From: Gracilinanus agilis | Lineage: Eukaryota | DNA: 64,000 nucleotides | Reading direction: 5' to 3' | Assembly (NCBI RefSeq): GCF_016433145.1 | Contig: NC_058133.1 | Location: 252,551,881 to 252,615,880, forward strand | Shown: positions 23,060 to 37,000 of the stretch, piece by piece | Layout of the letters: each line of letters begins with the position of its first letter | Position numbering within the stretch: the first letter of the stretch is position 1 | Position numbers and translations under genes: made by a program | Notes under the pieces: model-generated | Databases searched by the model: none | Seen by the model: the letters and a program-made list of their open reading frames with translations, nothing else | What the model was told of the DNA's origin: nothing

Positions 23060-24210
23060 TGACTTAGACTTCTGGCCAAGATGCTTCCAGGGTGACTTCA
23101 TCTCAGAACTGCACAAAGTCAGAAGCTCACAATCTATTTAAAAAAGGGAATCTCTCCAAAAAGGTTAATGCCAGGGACTAAACAAGATGGAAGCCTCCCA
23201 GCTCAACCACAGAACACTTATAGCCAGCAAATCTTTGTATCCAGAGGCAGCAAGAGCAGAGAAAGCTCCAGGATGGTTGGAAACACAATATGGACTTTTG
23301 GGAAGGACTTGGAGCAAAGGCACCTAGACTGGGTTGTGCAGCACAGGCTACACAAGCCCACAGGCTTTCTTACTCTCCTGAGAAGCCAAAGGAGAATAAA
23401 TTGTTTAGAATGTAGGAAATGGTAAGCTTTACCCAAGTTAATGAACTCCCTGAAAATTAGACCAAAAACAAATCAATAACTATGAGACAAGAAACAAGAA
23501 TGAAATCAAGAGAAAACTTTTTGGGGAAGCTAAGTGGTACAGTAGGATAGAGCATTAGGCTTGGTATCAGGAGGACCTCATACATTTCCTAACTGGCCCT
23601 GTTTGCCTAGCACTTCTCTTAGAGTTGTTACTAAGAAAGTAAGGGTTTTTTAAAAAGAGAAGACCTTTAATAATGAGAAAAATTATCTATTATTTTTATG
23701 TTTTTTAAAGCTGACCAGGAAAACAGATTAGTAAGAAGCATTTCGGACTCTGAAAACCATGATTTTTTTTTAACAGCCTGAACACTATATTTCAAAGCAA
23801 TAATAAATGAAAGGTGCTCAGATCTTTAGAACCAGAAGGCAAAGGGAAAACAAAGAAATCTCAAAAGGAAAAATCCCATGAATGTCATAGCCAAAATCAG
23901 AGCTTCTAAGTCAAATTTTTATTTCAAGCAGCTGAAAAGCAAGAGTTCCAAGGAATCAAAGTCAGGGTCACATAAGGCTTGGCAGCTTCTCTTTAAGAGA
24001 TCTTGGGAGTATAATTTTCCAAGAGGCAAATGAGTGTTTTACTTAATTGACTCTGCAAAACTAAGTGTAAATCTACAAGGAAAAAAACCCAGAAATGTAA
24101 TGGCATTCCTAATGAAAAACCAGAATTGAGTAGGAACTCTGAAATAAAGGTTGTAAGAGGGAAAAGAAAAGGGAAAGTAAGGGGATAAAGTATAGAAAGG
24201 AAGAAGATGG
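23060..24210 (+). mobile_element. Decayed L1 5'/ORF1 fragments with an embedded SINE head (about 23522)
   Basis: ORF1-like cccatgaatgtcatagccaaa..caagcagc..aagagttcc; many stops. Confidence 0.5.
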
Positions 24211-24934
24211 TGGTGGATACAAAGATTTGCTGGCTATAAGTGTTCTGTGGTTGAGCTGGGATGCAACAGGAGAAGGAAACCACCTATGGCCCACTTTACA
24301 AGTGAGGAACTGAAGCAAACATGGTTAAGTGACTTGCTCGGAATCACACAACTATCATGTGAAGACTAGATTTGAATTCAGGAAGATGGCACTCTCCACT
24401 TCCGCCATCTAGCTGCTCCTGAGAGGAAGTTAATGGCAATCAAAACAGCTTTAGAGGGTAGATACTTAAAGGGGAAAAAAGCTGGAAACTTAGGTGGTGT
24501 CCATCAACTAGAGAACAGCTAAACAAACTGTGGTATATGAATTGCCACAGTAATGGTATATTACTATGCTATTAGAAATGAAGAATGAAGGGAGATTTCA
24601 GGAATTCTGCCAAGATGTATGAACTAATTCAAGGTGAAGTGAACAGAAGAGTAACTTAAATAAGGACAACACTATAAATAAAAACAACTTTGAGAGACCT
24701 AAAGGAACTATTATGAAAGCATTTGTATACCTCCTACAGAGCTGGTGGACTCAGTGTGCAAAAAGACACTGTATGGACTTGTTTTGCTTGACTATCTGTA
24801 GACACAGTTTGTTTTTGGCAGGGGGGATATGCAATTATGATGCCAAAGGAAAAATAGTGGCCACTGAAATACTTTTTAAAATGCACAGAATATTCAGGAG
24901 GAAGCACAAAGAACAGCTTTGAAAGTAATGCAAA

Positions 24935-24940
24935 TTTATT
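24935..24940 (-). terminator. Putative AGFG2 poly(A) signal (about 3.1-kb 3' UTR)
   Basis: AATAAA on the minus strand in AT-rich 3'-end-like context; position is inferred only. Confidence 0.4.
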
Positions 24941-27900
24941 ATATACATTTTTAAAAAGCAAGCAGTATGGATATACATAAGTTTTATATGCAAAATCCTT
25001 ACATATACAGAGATACTCTTTTTTTTTTTGGCGTTAAGTTCAAAATTAAAAATTTTTAAAAACAAACAAAAAAACTCCAGGTTCCACACCCAGAGCTGCT
25101 CCTCTCGTCCTAGGTCAGTGACAGGATCAGAACTAGTGTTCCCACCGAACTTGGAGAGATAAGGAGTGAGGCTAGGAATGGAGAGGGTTGGTTGGAAGCA
25201 TTTGAAGTCCTTGGTCTCACTCTTCCTAAAGCTACCTTGAGATCTGTGGCTGACTTAGCCCTTTCACCTATGACCATCTGTCCTGAAATAGCTAAGGGTC
25301 CTAGAAACAGAATGGAGAAAAGATGACAACAGAACTGGCTAACTCAGTAAATGCCAGGGAAAAGTTGGAGGGGGCCACTGAACCTAGGGCACTAAGTACC
25401 AGGGAAAGAATCTGGCACACAAAGGCATCTTGGATCTCTAGCTCTTTAAATTAGTTCCAACTAGCAGTGATTTTTGAAGGATTTTCCTTGGTAAAAGAAG
25501 AATGGGGGGGGGGGGAAGGTAGCATTCAAATTATGGGAAAACAAGAAGTCTGAGGATAGCTCTCACCACACAGCATGCCAACCAGGTTCTTGACTCCCTT
25601 ACTACCTCAAAAGCACCCAAACAAGGCTAGTGAGAGGAGAAAGGAAAGGAAAAAAAATGAAAAAAGTATAAGAACATGAGAAGACATAGGGTGAAAAAAG
25701 CCAAAATGGGAGAAATGGAGACAGAGAATATCAAGATCAGTTTTGGAACCAACATTGATGGTGTGAGGTATTCTTAAGACTTCCATTGGTTTTCTCCCTA
25801 AAGGAGAAATTCATTGAGGTTCTGCAAAGTAAGCCCTCAATTCATTTTCCTCTTTTGCCTAGGAGTGCAGCCTTCGGAATGAAGGGCCTCAGGCCTGGGT
25901 GTGCACCAAATTTGCTTCCTTGCATAGGCCTTTAGGGAGAAGTACCAGCATGACTAGGCATAGCTGCCCATACTGGGGAGTAGATCTTTACAAAAATGGG
26001 AGGGAGGGAAGAAAGATATGAGGAGCATGACTTCTGTTGTCCCAGGAAGATGTGACAAGTTTCTCAGTGCTTAGATTTCCCATTTTCCCCTATCAAAACC
26101 AGTTTTAATGGGTCAGGAGCTGGGGATAGAGGAAAGTTAATTAGACCACAATCTGCACTCTGCTCTTCAACAAGGATACGGTGAAATTGATCCTAGCTAG
26201 GAAAAATTACACTCAGCTAAAAGCATTTTCCCAGAAAACTTCCCCAAACCTAAGAATCTCCCATACCTCTAGTGTTACTGATGGTCAAAGACCCAAATAT
26301 ACCCACAAATAAGAGAAGGTGAAACTGTAAGCAAGCCCTCTCATCTGTCTATCATATTGTTGTCCCAAATAGCAAGGTCATAACTCTCTGCTTCAGTCTG
26401 AATAGAAAGTTTACCCTAAGCAGATATCCATGTCCCCATACAAACAGCTCAGCTTCAAGAGCTGTTGACATAACACAATGGACTGGAAAATATAAGCAGC
26501 TGTGTTTGCCTGAGTTGGTTGTCAGGGATGTTATGGGAATGCCTTGGTAGTCTGGTTAGGTATGAGCAAATTCAACACTAAAGGAATGAATGAGAGTCAC
26601 TCTCATTCCTGTCCATCTTTCCCTCCATATAGGAGAAATGCCCATACCCGCCATTCCATCTCAACTCTCTCTTTGGAGTCACTTTGCCAGGAAGGCCTGT
26701 GCTAGTTCATAGATGATGCTGTTGTCTGGACAAAGAAAAAAAATTCTAAATTAAGCTAATCGGGGAAGTTTGCTGGTGTGTGAAACCAAGGGCCCCAAAA
26801 GCCAGACCATAAGCAGCAATTTTTTCTTTCAAATCAAAGTTCTTTTCCAACAATGCCTTTGATGAACTTTAGTGCAAGAATCAAAGTCAGGGCAGAACAG
26901 GAAATGTGAAAAAACAAAGCAGCAACTGCACAAAAATCTCCCCTATGGTAGTCCAGGAGGTAAGGCTGGGAGTGACCATGAATTCCCATCAAGGCTGAGG
27001 GAGGAATGGTCAGAGTAGATAAGGAATTCCTTCGCTACCCATAAATATCAGTTACCTGGTGACTCTTGGGGACAAAGTGTACAGAAGGGTGGTTGTATAG
27101 ATTATAAGTATCATATATATGTATATGTGTGTGTGTGTATATATAATAGGCTATATTAGAAAACTCTGGGTGTGTTTACAAAACACTGGTATCCAAACAT
27201 TGAAACTAACAGTTAACTAAAGTGCCTGACATGAGGGGAATAGGCTAAGGGGTTAAATTGATAAAATACTTTTGCAAACAGAACTGAAAAGGAGAGAAGC
27301 AGCTTTGATATGAGGGACAGGAACCTTCCCTCATTGCATGTAGGGGAGGCTGGTTTAGGGGTTTGTGCAAGAAAGAAGAAGGCTTTCTTTGGGGATGTGG
27401 AAGGTGAGAGGAGGGTTGCTAAAGTGCCCGGCTATGCAGAAAGAAGCCAGGGTTGAAGGTGCTCCAACTCTAGTGCCATTCAATGCTTGTCCATGTGCTT
27501 GCCATGCCTGGTTTCAGCAGTCATAGCTCCCACTCTTTTGGCTGGGAATAGGACCTCTTGGCATGATGGGAAAGATCCACATATGGGTTCAGCTTCTCTT
27601 AGCCTCCCAGCAGTTATACTAGAGCACTAAGAGGAGAAAATTTGTGTCAGCCTGCACCTATAACTCTCTCCACAGGAGAAGGCTTTAGGAACTGGGAGAA
27701 GCATGTATATAGGGGAGGAAGGATGATAAGGAAAAATTTTAGAATAATAAAACACACCAGGGCCAGCCAATTCTAGTAACCATTCCCACTGTTCTCACTG
27801 CTCTGGGAGAGGGCTACTGGCCATGGGGCTCTTGTTTTATCTTCAAGCCCAGAGCAAAGCATTAACATTTTCATTATCCCCATGATTCCCACCACCCAGA

Positions 27901-28038
27901 GCAAGGCAAGTTCTGCCCCATCTTGGGCTGAGATCACAGTAATGCCAACAAACAAAGGTGGCCACCAGGGTTCTAGGGAACAGAGGGATACTTGGGGGTA
28001 GAGGGAGCAGGAAGGATGATGTCCCTCTGGGCACTGTG

Positions 28039-31000
28039 CTACAAGAAGGGATTCGTAGGAGGAGGTTTGGAGGCAAATGGGCTTGATGAGGGTCCAGTCT
28101 GAAGAGAAAAGAACAAAATAAATAATAATCAGATTCAGGAAGAGGAAATGGCAAATTCCAGCGTCAATCCCACCCCCAAACTGTGTCAGGAAAATGTGGG
28201 ACAAGGAAACAAGACCTAAAGAGAGAAGATAGGTTCAAAGAAACAAATAGAAAAAGGACTAGATTAGAGACCCTTGAGTCAGAATCTGACCTAGACAGCA
28301 GCCAGCACAACACAGAGAATTCATTCCTAATTATGTCCAGTGACACAGGTCCCTATTTCCAACACATCCACATGAGGTCTCCCCACACCCTCTAGATTTC
28401 TTCAAGAGTCATTCTCTTCTTGCCTTACCATGAAGGGGTTGGTAGAGATCCCTGCTGGATGGCTCACAGGCCTTTGCCCCAGTTTGGCTGCTCCTAACCC
28501 CACAAAGCCAGAGCCTAAAAAGACAAAAAAATAAAATAACACCATTTAATTTCAATGAATAGTAGCATTCATCAGAGCTTAACCAAACTTATCATGGAAA
28601 GGTAATATAAACCTGGACAATCTTTCTTGTTTCCCCAGATAGTAGGCATATTCCACATTCCCAGCAGGGACTGGGGAAGAGAAAAGAAGATACTCCCAAG
28701 TTTTGGGGGATGTGTACTCCTAAGGCTCCTCACTTGAGGATACACAGGTTTTATTCCTTCTTTACTACTCTATACCTATATATAAGAAAATGAATAGTTA
28801 TCTCAATTCTACTGTGAAACAGAATTAGAGTCCTTTACCATTCTGCTGTTGAACCAGCAACGTTTGTGGAGGGAGGAGACTGGGAGAGAAAGTTCCAGGG
28901 AAGCCACCTGGGGTTGGTGCAGAAGAAAAGCTAGGAACCACAGTGTTCATCCCCAAACCAAGTCCTGTGGATACAAAGCAGATGAAGTGGAACTGAGCCT
29001 CTGAAAGACAGGATTCAAGTCAGTTTTATCAAGACTATACTTGATGAGAGAAACAGGTTTCTCCAGACCAAAAATCAACTCATTTAGTTGTCCTGAATAG
29101 AACTCTAAAACCTTCAGCTTCTAGATCAACCCTGAGTCCACTGCCAACCATGTTCAAAAGCAGAGGGGCTCTGGAATTCAGGGTTCCAAAGAGAGTACTG
29201 TATTCATGTTGTTGCTGCATATAGTTAGTTGTACTTTTCCAAATGAATTTTTAAGAGTTCTCTTAATTTCTTTGAGAATTTGGGAGTGGGAAGGCTAAGA
29301 CCACTGAGGTTGGGAAAGTTAAAGATGAGGAATAAAATGGGAGACTACAAGGTGAGACAGCATGGATAACATGGCCCTGGATGACAGAGTTCCTAAAGGA
29401 GAACAGAAACAGAAAAGAGTTGTTTATAATAAGGAAAACTGGGAGGGTGTTGGTAAGGGAAGGAAAGAGACTGTCTATTATGAAGCACCACTGAAAATTA
29501 CTTCAGAAGTAGCAAAGAGATACAAGTATTAAGGGCTCCAACTTATTAAGGAAAAAGGGATTCACCCACAGTGATATGGCAGAATTTGGCTCATGGTGAT
29601 TATGAGTTAAAGTTGGAAAGACAGTGATCAAAAACAAAAACAATCTGATATACCTATAGCTTCCAGTGATAATCTGAAGGGGGAGAAAAAAGACTTCCTT
29701 AAAAAGATGCTTGGAAATCTGGAGACGACAGAAAACAACAAAAGAAACTTACCTGAGGCCAGGCCATTGGATTGGAATGGGTTGGTGGAAGGCAACTGTG
29801 GATGAGGAGCCGGTGCTATGAAAGGGTTGGTGAAAGCTAAATGTTGAGGAAGTAGGTGAAGGCACAGTTAGTATTTTCTTACTGACAAATATTTTTCAAT
29901 CTTCCTTGGCCTGTTTTTCACCCTCTTTCTCCTTTCCAGTACCCCTAATCTCTGCTGCCTTTGTTGATTTTCTCTTACTAGGTTTCCACATAACCCTAGC
30001 TCCCTACAAGTGGAACTCACCCCCATATCCAAGTCCAGTACTGCTGCTGCTGCTGTTATTACTGCCAGTAGCAGCAGTGTGGAGTCCAGAGACATGGCCA
30101 ACAGTCCCAAAGGCTCTGTGAGAGAAGAGAAAAACTCTATTACTAGTATCAGGGAAATAAGAATCCTCCACTATGAACTAAGAATTATTGGATGCTCATG
30201 CAAGCAAATCTTGGTCCTTACCTTCAAAGGTATTAAATAGAAGGTATTGAGAGGAAAAAGCAAGGAAAGCTAGGGACTGCATGGAACAGAGTGTCAGGGT
30301 CAAAAAAAAAAACAAATCTAGGCTTTTCACTTCTCTTTCTTATGATGGGGAATCCACAATCTCAACCTACCTACTAGGAATGCCCCCAGTTGACATTCCA
30401 GTTCCCAAGACATTGCTCATATCTGAAAGGGCACTTGGCTGGTTGGCAGGAGCAAGAGGAGAGGCACCAAATGGCGTCACCTGGCTGCTGCCTGTGAAAA
30501 GAAATGAGACAAGTATAGTGATAAGAGAGAAAGGTGGAGGAAGAGAGGGACTACCCCTAAGTTTAAGAGGAGATATTCCTCCCCTAATCCATCTCCAATC
30601 CTTAATAAAAAGTGGGGGCGGGGCAGAGTTAGGGCTATATTATACTAATATTTCTAGAGATCCAGAAATCTAAACCTCCTTTACTACTCCAATGTCCAGG
30701 AGCTTTTATCCCTTACGAAGCTGTGTTTTTTTCTTATCTCTTTCCTTGTTCTAGTTCCAGCCACATTTTTCTGATTTCTGACTTCAAAAGATGAGAAAGC
30801 CTGTCCTTGCTCAACATCCTAATAGTCCTATCTTGCCAAAATAAAGGTAAGTAGGAGTGAGTCAATAGTGGCAAGTTAAGGGTTCTAGATCTGAATGTAC
30901 CAAATCAAATAGATCTCAAAAAGGAGATCCACCTGCTGTGGAGTCAGTCCCACCTAGTGAAGCCAACCAGCTACAATCTGACCAGTTTGACTATTCTTCA

Positions 31001-34000
31001 TTAATAATAACAGCTATCATTTATATATCATTTTAAAGTCTGCAAAACCCTGTATTTCATTTGGGTCTCCCAATCACCCTGTTAAGACAGAAACTACAGG
31101 TATTATTTTCTAATAAAAATGTATGAACAGGGTAACCAGGTAGCTCAATGGGCTAAGAAACAGAAAGGAGGTACTATGTTCAAAACTGCCCTAAAACAAA
31201 ACTTCCTAGCTATCTGTCCCTGAGCAAGTCATTAAACCTCCACTGCCTAGTCCTTACAGTTCTCTTCTGTCTTGGAGTCAATACACACTATTGATTCTAA
31301 GACAGTAGGGAAGGGTCTAAAAAAAAAACCCTTTGAACAGATTAAAGTAAACCAAATATTATCTGAGTTTTTCATTATCTAAAGCAGAACTTCTTAACCT
31401 TTTGTGTCATAGGCCTTGAGGAGACAGATGATGTCTATAGGCACTTTCTCAGAATAATATTTTTAAAAGAATAAATCAAAAACATAGGATTATGAAGGAA
31501 GCCAATTATATAGTCATAGTTATCAAAATATTAAAAACAAAATTCCTGTTTCCCAGGATTAAGAAACACAGATAAAATGTGTCACATTGAATGGGGACTG
31601 GTTTTGGGGACAGGAAGGAGGAGACACATGAGGGCTCTGAGGCATCTAAAAATCCTATGCCCACTAAATAGTATTCCTTAGAATCCAAGAGCTCTGGTCT
31701 TGCACAGGCAAGATCAGGGATCTGCAACCTTTTTGGCTGTGAGAGCCATAAACGCCACATTTTTAAAAATGTAATTTTGTGAGAGCCGTACAATATGTTT
31801 AACACTGAATACAAGTAAATATGTGCATTTTATGTAAGAACAACATTTTTAAAGTACAATAAGTCTCTGAACTATTTTAATAACGTTATTATGTGCTAAC
31901 CAATGATGAATAAAGTACATTAATGTGACTTCTGGTGCTGCATAGTTTTGCTGATTATTAGTCAAAATTATTTTGATTATTAATAAAAAACAAGACTTAA
32001 TGGGGCACTATAGTACTGATATAACTGCACACATACATATAAAACTGCTTTACACTAAGAAAATTGCTGAAGTAAAGAGAGAAAAATTCAGGGAAGAATA
32101 CTTTTTCCTCTCCCTCTCTCAAGTCAGGCAACAGGAGAAGAAAAAGCTGCCAGCCTGCTGGTTAAGCCATTTGGCCAGGTATTAGTAAGTAGTGGGGAAG
32201 GAGGGTACCTTTTCATGGAAAACTGGCCAGGACACATCACACACATTTCCTGGTACAGGTGTTTCAGTGCTGCCTACTCAATCATCCTGTATCAAATGAA
32301 ACAACTCCTGGGGAGAAATGCTTCTCACTAATGAAAAGATGTAAAGATGTAATCTGACTATAGTTCCCCTTTAAGAGCAGGTAGAAAAGTTAAAAACAAT
32401 TAACAATCCCACAAATAGGGAGTGCAGACCCCATGAATGCACTGAGATAAAGCCATGTAAATCAGAGGCAGAGGGATAGAGAATGTAGACAAAAGTGATC
32501 AATCACTATACAGAACCTCAAGATGTCAGTAATAGGTGTGGAAAAAGTAAAAGGAGGGCAGAAGGAGGAACACACGGCACACCTACCAAGACAAACTAAA
32601 GACCAGGATTCATCTCACGCGGCAATATCAATGAGGGAGCTTCTATCTTAGAAGATAGTCGCAGTACCGAAAGGATCACGTGAGTATCATGTCATGCATA
32701 AACTGTTAGTTGTTGTGCCTCAGTTGACTTTATGGCTCCTGCATAAAGAGCCAGATATAGCTTGAGAGCCATACATTGCTGACCCCTGGGCAAGATCATC
32801 AGACAGTTGCTTTTTTTCCATTCTCTACAGAGGAAGCCCATTCTATTCACATGTGTTCTAACCACTCCTCTGGGTAAAGAAAGCACACTCCATCCTTCTC
32901 TTTAAGCTACCAGGATGAAAACCCAGAGAATGAGTCATGTCAGAGGGGTCCCATCTTTATCCCTGAGATCCAATGCTTCTTTGAATTCTAAACTTGTGAA
33001 AAGTTTTAGGTGACTACATTTGCCTCTGGCAAATCACCTATCCTCTGGGCTAAAATCATCTATCTTATACAAATATCAAGACAGTAAGTCCACAGACAAG
33101 AATCTGATTGATTAAAAGTACCATGTTGTTTTGTTACAAAGCTGGAGTGAATATTGTGCTAATTATTGATACAAAGCAGTTAATAGCAATCATTTCATTT
33201 AAACTTCACACCAATTTCCTTATCTATAAACTGGACTATATTACAGACTTAGGGCCAAAAAGGATTTTAAGAAAGTCCTACTCTCTCATTTTATGAATGA
33301 GGAAATTGAGGTCTCAAGGTAGGTGAACTGACTTTGAACAATCAAATCAAATGCAGGTCCTCAGAATCAATCCAGTTCTTCTAATGTGTCATGCTGCATT
33401 TTTTTAACCCTTCTCTTCCCTTTTAGAATCGATACTGGGCAATGATTCCAGGGCAGAAGAGTGGTAAGGCCTAGGCAATAAGGGTTAAATAACTTGCCCA
33501 GGGTCACACAGCTAGGAAGTCTCTGAAGCCACATTTGAACATAGGACCTCCTGTTTCTAAGTCTGGCTCTCAATCCACTGAGCCATCTAGTTGCTCCCCA
33601 TCATGCATTTTAAGGTCAATTTCAGTTCTAAATTTATAAGCAGGATCACAAAGCTTGTAAGCATATGAAGCAAGATTCCAACCCTGACCTTTTGACATGA
33701 TCATGCCAGGGTGCCTTTCTTATCTTTACTAAAGCAATATTAAGGGCAAAAAAAAAATTTGCTGTTCCATTTAGCATCCCTCTTCAATAAATCCTTAATA
33801 ATACACATGAGGCATCATGGGGCAGGGAACCAAGAACCAGGAAGATGTCTCTCTGACATCATTCTAGCTGTAGAGTACTGGACACGTTATTTAACTTCTC
33901 TGTTTTAGGCAATTCTCTAAGATTACAAATCGAAGAAAAAGTACTGAATTTCCTTTACCCTATTGCAGTGAAATTAGAGAAGAAATAAGTATTTGTTAAA

Positions 34001-37000
34001 TGCCTACTATGTACCAAGTATTGTGTTAGGAACTTTACAAATATAATCTCATTTGAATTATCACCCCCATTTTACAGTTGGTCAAACTGAGGCAAATACA
34101 AGTTAAGTGATATAGCTATTAAAGTAATTAATATAGCTATTAAGTATCTCAGGTCTTTCTGGCTTCAAAGTATAGCTCTATTCACTGGATCATCTAGCTC
34201 TCTCAAGCTGACCCAGGCTATGATCTTGTAATTTCGACCTTGATGATTCATGCTGCAGGTAAGTTTGAATTAGATCAGGGGTTGGCAAACTTTTACTGTA
34301 AAAAAAGAGCCTGTCATTTTAAGCTTTGCAGATCATGGAGCAAAAATTGAGGATATTACATACTTATAACTAAAGAGAAAATGAACTTCCACAATTTTTT
34401 AATGAAAATAAAAACATAATATTAGAAACCCTTTTTTGTAACAGGTCTATGAATGAGAATAGAATTCCTTTCTGGGCAATGACATTTCACTTTAATAGGA
34501 CTTCAAAGTTAATATTCCTTTTAATTGAAATTGATTACAAATGTTCATCAATGCTAATCTCTAATGAGATTTTAGAGATTTCATCTTTAAAAAATGTCTT
34601 TTCACACAGAGAGGTACTGCCAAATACTGTTATCAATCCATAAGCATATGATATTAACTAAGCATATTCATCTCTTGAAAGGCACAAAAAGAAAGTCTTC
34701 CTTTTAGCATGTCAAATTGCAAAGAAATCATGTTCCACCTGAAGGGTTAGATGGAAACTTCTCAAATGCATAATTAAATGGATTTTGAAATATGGAAATA
34801 TTGAGATTTTGCACTTGTATCAAGGTCTGAAAAACTCTGCTAGAAATGCAGTTTGAGTTCAGAAAATATATTCGTTACAAATTTGTGAGAAAGAAGATCT
34901 TGTTCCTTGTTTTAACTTATAACAGCATGGAAAAGGTATTAAAAACAGCCTGGAATTACCTGTGATTCTGATATTAGTTGCTGAGTTGATTTCGCCATAG
35001 AATAAGTTTTGCAAATAAGCACAATTGTGCCTTCTAATTTTAGGTTGAATTCATTAAGAAACATTATCAAGTCTGCAGCAAAAGCTAATTTCCAAAGCCA
35101 TTTAAAGGTTAATAAGAGAGTACAATTTTTATTTTGAAAAATTTCTGGGGCAGCTGGGTGGCTCAGTGGATTGAAAGCCAGGCCTAGAGACAGGAGGTCC
35201 TAAATTCAAATCTGACCTCAGGCACTTCCCAGCTGTGTGACCCTGGGCAAGTCACTTGATCCCCCAATTGCCTACCCTTACCACTCTTCTGCCATGAAGC
35301 CAAAACACAGTATTGACTCCAAGAACAGAAGGTAAGGGTTAAAAATTTTTTTTTTTTGTTTTGATAATGATGGGTATATCACTGGTAATTTAAAAAAAGT
35401 AATTTTCCACTAATGAGCTGCACAAAAATGGAGCAAGATTTGGCCAGTGGATCATAGCTTGCCCATTCCTAAATTAAATGATCCTTAAGACGTCTTTCAG
35501 TCTGGGACCAATAAACAAGTAAAAGTAAAAATGAATTGAAAGCAGGTACAATTCTTCATAGCTGTCTGAGGATCTATATTGATAAAATAGTATCTCTATT
35601 GAATCTAATAATACAATCAGGTGTCCAGATAAAAAAGGAGTGTCAAGTTCAATGTTAAACGTCTTTTTCTAATTCTCTAGTCCCAGATCAGAGAAGCAGG
35701 CTAGTTAGGGGGTGTCAAGAGGCTGTGGGCACCATCTAGTGGTAAAACTTACAATGGATAATTTAATTCAATCCACCAAAGTGAAAAGAATCCAACGGGA
35801 TTGGAGTTTAATTAGATGGGAAAAAGGGACTTAGAATGATAGATTTTGAGCTGGAAGGGACAAATACAACATCCTAATTTTTTTAAAATAAGTAAACTGA
35901 GGCCCAGAGAGGTAACATAAATTTACCAGGGTCACAGCTAATAAGTTTCTAAGGCAGGATTTGAACCTACATCTTCTAGACTCCAAGTCTATTGCTCAAT
36001 CTACTATATATTGATGCCATCACTCAAAATGAAACTGAAAAGGTTCTGGGCTTGGGTAGGGTATTAGGGGGTTTGGATAAGCCTCTTGGTAAGGTAGACA
36101 TTTAAGGCTTACTTTTTTTCCCCAGGTGGTTTCCCTACTTTCTGGAACTCCATGCAGAAAAAAGGGAAAAACCAAGATCACTGAAAAGAGAAAGGGAGTG
36201 GATACTGATCAACAAGTATTTCTTAGATGTCTAATATCTATATGGCACAGTGCTATTTATCCATCAAAGTTAAACACTTGTTTTTCCCAGGAGACAAAAG
36301 TTATTTGTGGCTAATAGTGAGACAAGAGGCTCAAATAAACATCTGGACCTGAAGAAGCTGGGGAAACTTTAAGAATCCACTCATTAACTGACAACAAAAC
36401 TTCTCAAGCTAAAAGATAAATGCTTTCCCCGATATACACTGTCAGAAAGTCAAAGGACACATCAAGCAAGAGCAGAAAAAAAATACCCTTGACAAATTCC
36501 AACTACCCCATCTACCTCAATGCATTTCATAAGACACATTGAGGGAGAGAGAGGTTAAGTCTAGGCTGGATCTGACTCTAGCCTGGCCACCCCCAGGCAA
36601 ATATGGTATATGAACAAATCCTCCCACTCTTGGCTTCAGCTCTAAATCTAGTCTTGTCCTGGTAAAATAAAAACTCATATTCCTAAAAGGTTCATCTGTA
36701 CATATGTCCCTCTCACATATATGTATAATTATTCTTTAACAGGGAAATGGAGTTTACTGTTAATTGCAATGGGGCAAATCAAATGCTCTGAGGATTTTTA
36801 TTGATGTGGCTGAAGATGTGGCCTTCAGCAAGACTGGCACTAAGAAAAAGAAAATAGGTTGAGACACAATGGGGGAGGTACTCAAATCTCCATTCCCTCT
36901 ACCTCACTGGTGCCCAAATTCTCCACCTTGAATCTTGTATTCGTTTTACTAGGTATGACATAAGCCCTTGACCTTTCTTTAAAATCTGAGGGCTGGGGGC

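Noticed and set aside
27773-28204. 143-aa minus-strand ORF overlapping the AGFG2 last exon
   Set aside because: It is an alternate frame across intron, exon 12 and the 3' UTR; low-complexity and with no homology.
32340-32700. CpG-retaining stretch that might be hAT interior or an LTR
   Set aside because: No termini, TSD or translatable motif found, so it cannot be classified by eye.
35147-35230. tRNA-like A/B boxes in SINE heads
   Set aside because: These are tRNA-derived SINE promoters, not tRNA genes; no cloverleaf.
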